This document shows positions 47,478 to 51,806 of a stretch of 51,806 bases of DNA, piece by piece. The DNA lies in NCBI GenBank assembly GCA_903908825.1, contig CAIVTJ010000045.1, positions 1-51,806 on the forward strand. The letters are read 5' to 3'. Below the pieces are notes generated by a model. The model saw nothing but the letters and a program-made list of their open reading frames with translations. It ran no database searches and was not told the DNA's origin. Origin of the DNA: an uncultured Pseudomonadota bacterium. Lineage in GTDB: Bacteria; Pseudomonadota; Gammaproteobacteria; Steroidobacterales; Steroidobacteraceae. A program made the translations under genes and the position numbers. The first letter of the stretch is position 1. Each line of letters begins with the position of its first letter.

Positions 47478-48897
47478 GTTTGCGCAACAAAGCAGCCGTG
47501 TCAGGGTGGGTTTCAGCGCCCGCCACACCAGCTCGGCCTGTGCCGCCGGCTTTTCCTGAAGCCACATCCAGAGCCGTAGCACCGGACTGATCGCGGATGT
47601 CCAATCGGGCACCGGCTTCGGCCAGATAACTGACAAAGCCATTCCAGCCCCACAGCGCGGCGCCATGCAGCGCAGCCTGACCGTTATCTCTGACGGCATT
47701 GACGTTGGCGCCAGCGGCCTGCAAAAGCTTTGCTGTTTCGATACAACGCGGCTCGCTGCGAAACCGCGCACGGATGTCGATGGTGGTCGAGCCGATACCC
47801 GCTGCCGCCATGAACGGCGTGACGCCCAGTGCATTAGGCAGATCGGGCATCGCCTTGTACTTCAGCAACAGCGCGACCGACTCCAAGTCACCCGCTTTAG
47901 CCGCCCGGAGCAACGGTGTCGTACCCACAGTCAGCAGCGTATCGCCACCGCGATCCTGACCCAACGAGCGATACGGCGGGAACAACTTAAGCTGCATGTT
48001 CGGGTTGGCGCCCTTGTCCAACAACAGGCGCGTGACGTCCAGAGCCGTCGTGGCATCACCGGAAGGGCGGTCCGGACGGCCGCCGCGCGGTGTGGTGTTG
48101 TAATCGACAGCCGAATACAGCGGCGCCCTGCCCCAGGTATCCCAGCGATTGACATCCGCACCGGCCTTGATCAGATAGGCCGCGGTGTCAAAGCGCGCGT
48201 TGAGCACGGCCATAAGCAACGGTGTGATGTTGTCCGGATCGGTCAGATTAATCGAGGCACCACCCTCAACTAGAGCCCGGGCACAAGCGGTGCAGCCTTC
48301 GCGTGCGGCCAGCAACAAAGCGGTGAAGCCACCGTTAGGCCGGTTTTGCGGACGTGGTTCGGCAGATACTTTGCGGGGCCACTCGCGCACCTGCGATCGC
48401 GCATCGGCTTGTGCGCCGGATTTGAGCAGCAACCTCACCATATCCGGATGGCCTTGCGCCGCAGCCCACATCAGCGCGGATTGCCCGCGCCACTGCTCAA
48501 GCGCATTGACCTGCGCGCCGGCAGCCAACAGCAGCTTCGCAGCCTGCACATTGCCGGTACGGGCCACGGTCATCAGCGCCGTTTCACCTTCGGCATTGGC
48601 CGACTCAACGTCAGTACCGGCCTTGAGCAAAGCGCCCATGAGCAGCGCATCGCCACGCTCTGCCGCCTCGGACATCGGCGTTGCGCCATAGTCGTTAACA
48701 GCCCGCGGATCTGCTCCCGCCTTGAGCAACTGTTTAACACGGACCAGATCGCCGTCATGCACCGCCCAATGCAGCGCTGTGGTGCCATCACCGGTGTCGG
48801 CCCGGACACCGTCTGCGGCACTGGCCTGCGCCGGGACAATTGACAGCCCCAGCCAGCAGAATGCCCACAGCGCTACAGCGCAGACCTGCATGTTCAA
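47455..48897 (-). CDS. Secreted ankyrin-repeat protein
   Basis: Signal peptide, then about a dozen ANK-consensus repeats (G.TALHWAV..GD...V..LL.AGAD.., repeated). ATGA overlap with the DUF1552 gene stop (48894-48897). Confidence 0.85.
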   Translation of the reverse strand: MNMQVCAVALWAFCWLGLSIVPAQASAADGVRADTGDGTTALHWAVHDGDLVRVKQLLKAGADPRAVNDYGATPMSEAAERGDALLMGALLKAGTDVESANAEGETALMTVARTGNVQAAKLLLAAGAQVNALEQWRGQSALMWAAAQGHPDMVRLLLKSGAQADARSQVREWPRKVSAEPRPQNRPNGGFTALLLAAREGCTACARALVEGGASINLTDPDNITPLLMAVLNARFDTAAYLIKAGADVNRWDTWGRAPLYSAVDYNTTPRGGRPDRPSGDATTALDVTRLLLDKGANPNMQLKLFPPYRSLGQDRGGDTLLTVGTTPLLRAAKAGDLESVALLLKYKAMPDLPNALGVTPFMAAAGIGSTTIDIRARFRSEPRCIETAKLLQAAGANVNAVRDNGQAALHGAALWGWNGFVSYLAEAGARLDIRDQSGATALDVASGKAGGTGRAGVAGAETHPDTAALLRKLSGPAGS

Positions 48898-50213
48898 ATA
48901 CCCGAGAACACGCCCGTGCTATCACCCAGCTTATCGACAGGTACGCCGGCACGTGCCAACAGCGAGACATGCAGATTGGCCAGCGGCGTGCGATCGGGAA
49001 CGCGCAAATGGTTGTTACCGCGCAGCGCGCCGGCACCCTTGCCCAACACTGCCGTGGGCAGTGGGAAATGATTGTGCAGGTTGCTGTCGCTCATGTTGCT
49101 GCCGAACAGGATGATCGAGTTATCGAGCATGGTGCCCTCGCCGTCCGGCATCTCGGACATCTTCTTCACGAAACGCGCAAAGGCCAGCGTGTTCCAAGCC
49201 TGCAACTTAGCCAGGCGATCAACCTTCTGCGGGTTATTGGCGTGGTGCGACAGCGGGTGGAAGGCATCGGCGATGCCGATAAAGTTATAGGGCTGGTTGC
49301 TGACTTCGGCAGCCATCATGAAGCTGGCGACGCGCGTCAGGTTGGCCTGAAAAGCCAGCGCCATCAGGTCGAACTGCAACTTGATGTGCTCGTCAAAGTT
49401 AGCAGGGATACCTGAGGGCGCATCCGGCAAGGCCAGCTTGGACGTGTCACGGGTTGAAATCTGCTGCACGCGCCGTTCAATCTCGCGCACGGTCTCCAGA
49501 TAGTCGGACATCAGCGCCTGATCACGCGCGCCCAAGCTGCGCTTGAGATCGGCTGCATCACGGCTGACCAGGTCAAGCAGGCTGGCATCTTCGCGGATCA
49601 GCGCAGCGCGCTCACCGGCCGTATCGCCCTGACCGAACAACTGCTGAAACAGCTTGCGCGGATTGTGCTCCATGGGCAGCGGTGTGGTCGGCGTACGGAA
49701 GGAAACAGTCTTGCCATAGCTGCAACCATAGTTACGATCGCAGGAGCCTTCACCGCCGCGCTCTTCGGTGGCGATTTCCAGTGACGGCAGCGGTGTGTCC
49801 TGCGAGATGTATTTGGCAGCGATCTGATCGATGGTGATGCCGCCCAGCGGATCATGGCTGATGCGCGGCTCGACACAGCTGAGCCAAGTGCCGGGGGTGA
49901 TGGCATGCACAGGCGCGGCGATGGCCGACTTGTTTTCCATGCCACTGATCACCGTCAAGTGCTGCTGAAAGGCCTTGAGCGGCGCCAGTATGGGCGGCAG
50001 ATCAAAGTCGGCACCGTCTTTGGTCGGGGTCCACTTGTCCATGACCGCGCCGTGCGGGAAATAGACAAAAGCCATACGCGCTTTGGCGGCTGCGGCCGTT
50101 TTGGACAGCGCGGTGTGCGCCGGCACCATGGCATCGAGCAGGGGCAGTGCCATGCTGACACCAACGCCTCGTAACACACTGCGACGGGAGAGGTGCTTGC
50201 GGGTGATGAACAT
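48894..50213 (-). CDS. DUF1552-family protein (Tat-type signal)
   Basis: N-terminus LSRRSVLRGVGVSMALPLLDAM, then a ...VYFPHG....W.P... pattern, as I recall it for DUF1552 proteins that pair with DUF1592/DUF1585 proteins. Confidence 0.8.
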   Translation of the reverse strand: MFITRKHLSRRSVLRGVGVSMALPLLDAMVPAHTALSKTAAAAKARMAFVYFPHGAVMDKWTPTKDGADFDLPPILAPLKAFQQHLTVISGMENKSAIAAPVHAITPGTWLSCVEPRISHDPLGGITIDQIAAKYISQDTPLPSLEIATEERGGEGSCDRNYGCSYGKTVSFRTPTTPLPMEHNPRKLFQQLFGQGDTAGERAALIREDASLLDLVSRDAADLKRSLGARDQALMSDYLETVREIERRVQQISTRDTSKLALPDAPSGIPANFDEHIKLQFDLMALAFQANLTRVASFMMAAEVSNQPYNFIGIADAFHPLSHHANNPQKVDRLAKLQAWNTLAFARFVKKMSEMPDGEGTMLDNSIILFGSNMSDSNLHNHFPLPTAVLGKGAGALRGNNHLRVPDRTPLANLHVSLLARAGVPVDKLGDSTGVFSGI

Positions 50214-50243
50214 GCGGGAATCCTCGGTCTTGCGGTGCGGCGC

Positions 50244-51806
50244 CTAGCGGTGCTGGGCCGTGCGGGTTTGAGTTGTTGTGTCGGCAGGCAGACGGTCAGT
50301 CAGGAAGGCTGGGCTGTTAACGATACCTGTGATCAACGCAGAAAGCCGCCATTGCTGCGGCTGAGCGTTGCGCACGATCGCGCGCAGCGTGGGCATGTCG
50401 GAATATTGCACCGGCCGGGCCAGCGCGAAAGTCATCAGGTTCTCGGTAAACGTGCCCACAAATTGCGGTGCACGCGCCACCAAGGCCGAGCGCAAATCGT
50501 CCGGGCCAGACAGCGGCGTACCATCGACCAGCTTGCCGCTGGCATCGATGGGGGCACCGGCGTCAATGTCTTTATCGCGCCACTGACCCACGGCGTTGAA
50601 GTTCTCCAGCGCAAGGCCCAGTGGATCGATGACGCCATGGCAGGCATTGCAGGACTTCATCTGCCGATGTTGCTCGAGGCGGGTGCGCACGGTGAATTGC
50701 TCTGCGCCCTCCTGGCTCTCCGGGAAGGCCTCGACCGAAGGCGGCGGTGCGGCCGGCGGCGTCCCCAGAAACTTGTCGAGTACATAGGCGCCGCGTAACA
50801 CCGGGGTGGTGCGATTGGCATAGGACGTGGCCATCAAAAAAGCGCCCTTACCCAGCAGACCACGACGCCAGGACTGCTGAAGCTCAACGCGCCGGAACTG
50901 TCCGCCACGCACATCATGTAAACCATAGTGCAAGGCCAGACGCTCATTGAGGTAGGTGTGTCGTGCAGTCAGCAAGTCGAGGATGCTGCTGTCGGACTCA
51001 AACACACTGCCTATGAACAGCTCGAGCTCCTCGCGGAAGGCCGGCACCAGATCCTCGGTGTAATCCGGAAACAGATTGGGATCGGGATTAACCAAGTCCA
51101 AGCCAGGCACGTTCAGCCATTGGAAAGCGAAGTTGGTGACCAGGCTGTGCGCACGCGGGTCGGCCAGCATCCGCTGCACCTGTGCGGCGCGCACTGCAGG
51201 GTCTTGCAAGCGTCCCTGTTCCGCTAGCGCGATCAAGGTCTCGTCAGGCGGCGCTGACCACAGGAAGAACGACAGACGCGAAGCCAGATCGATATCGCGC
51301 AGCGCAAACACCTGGCCGGGTGTGGTGCCGGCTGGCGGCACATGCGCGCGATAGAGAAAGCGCGGGCTGGCGAGGATGGCCAGCAGTCCCTTTTGAATGC
51401 CGGTATCAAAGTCAGCACCGCGCCGGCCCTGATCATAGAAGGCGACGATGCTCTGCAATTCGTCGTCACTGACCGGACGCCGGAACGCCTGACGGGCCAA
51501 TCGCGCCAGAATTTGCCGCGCACAGACAGGCTCTTCGGCTACGGCCGACGGATAGCAGCTGAACACCTTTTGACGACTGACCGTCTGGCTGAGGGCACTG
51601 CGGTTGACCGGCCCTTTGACCTCGACGTTGGTGATGCGCGGACCGCCCGAATTGCCGTTGACCATCTGCCCCATGCCTTCGACGGGTACAAAGCCGTGCA
51701 ACAGTTCGTTGGATACGGCCGCCGTCTTCTGGCGGAAGGTGACGCCGATGCGATGCGTACCGGCAGGCGCATGAAAGCGGATGTTGCGGAAGCGATCATT
51801 AATGGC
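50244..51806 (-). CDS. DUF1592/DUF1588/DUF1585-family protein with CxxCH motif (5' end outside the window)
   Basis: The frame stays open to the window edge (AINDRFRNIRFHAPAGTHRIGVTF...). C-terminal MKSCNACHGVIDPLGLALENFNAVGQWR matches the DUF1585-type region. Lies upstream of its usual DUF1552 partner. Confidence 0.8.
   Translation of the reverse strand, partial: AINDRFRNIRFHAPAGTHRIGVTFRQKTAAVSNELLHGFVPVEGMGQMVNGNSGGPRITNVEVKGPVNRSALSQTVSRQKVFSCYPSAVAEEPVCARQILARLARQAFRRPVSDDELQSIVAFYDQGRRGADFDTGIQKGLLAILASPRFLYRAHVPPAGTTPGQVFALRDIDLASRLSFFLWSAPPDETLIALAEQGRLQDPAVRAAQVQRMLADPRAHSLVTNFAFQWLNVPGLDLVNPDPNLFPDYTEDLVPAFREELELFIGSVFESDSSILDLLTARHTYLNERLALHYGLHDVRGGQFRRVELQQSWRRGLLGKGAFLMATSYANRTTPVLRGAYVLDKFLGTPPAAPPPSVEAFPESQEGAEQFTVRTRLEQHRQMKSCNACHGVIDPLGLALENFNAVGQWRDKDIDAGAPIDASGKLVDGTPLSGPDDLRSALVARAPQFVGTFTENLMTFALARPVQYSDMPTLRAIVRNAQPQQWRLSALITGIVNSPAFLTDRLPADTTTQTRTAQHR

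Overview
High-GC proteobacterial chromosome segment. The gene order looks gammaproteobacterial (Xanthomonadales/Nevskiales-like), but that placement is only a guess from synteny. Bases 1-31.9 kb are a densely packed housekeeping core: cmk-aroA-hisC-pheA-gyrA; ubiG-HAD phosphatase-yciK; rluB-scpB-scpA-trpS-yciO; yciB-bolA-PPIase; ligA-zipA-smc; queF; dksA-gluQ; pnp-rpsO-truB-rbfA-infB-nusA-rimP. Bases 32.2-51.8 kb are an accessory block made almost entirely of exported or envelope proteins. It contains a Met/His-rich outer-membrane barrel and three copies each of two uncharacterised secreted protein families (about 260 aa and about 135 aa, the latter with a mature N-terminal His-His). It also holds a tight minus-strand operon: TonB-dependent receptor, lignostilbene-dioxygenase-like oxygenase, tiny Tat-signal protein, a 1005-aa protein with three NTF2/SnoaL-like modules plus an alpha/beta hydrolase, and a family-A paralogue. 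The block ends with a quinohemoprotein PQQ dehydrogenase, a VOC protein, and a DUF1592-DUF1552-ankyrin operon. I saw no tRNA, rRNA, CRISPR array, transposase or integrase. The best candidate for an undescribed system is the 33.5-44.8 kb locus of paralogous secreted families together with the TBDR operon. Smaller oddities in the core are a 1-Cys DksA with a long basic N-terminal extension, an RluB homologue with no canonical start and a displaced catalytic Asp, a TrpRS with a 4-Cys motif, and a tandem-terminator leader upstream of rimP. All calls come from reading the translations and DNA by eye; no searches were run.
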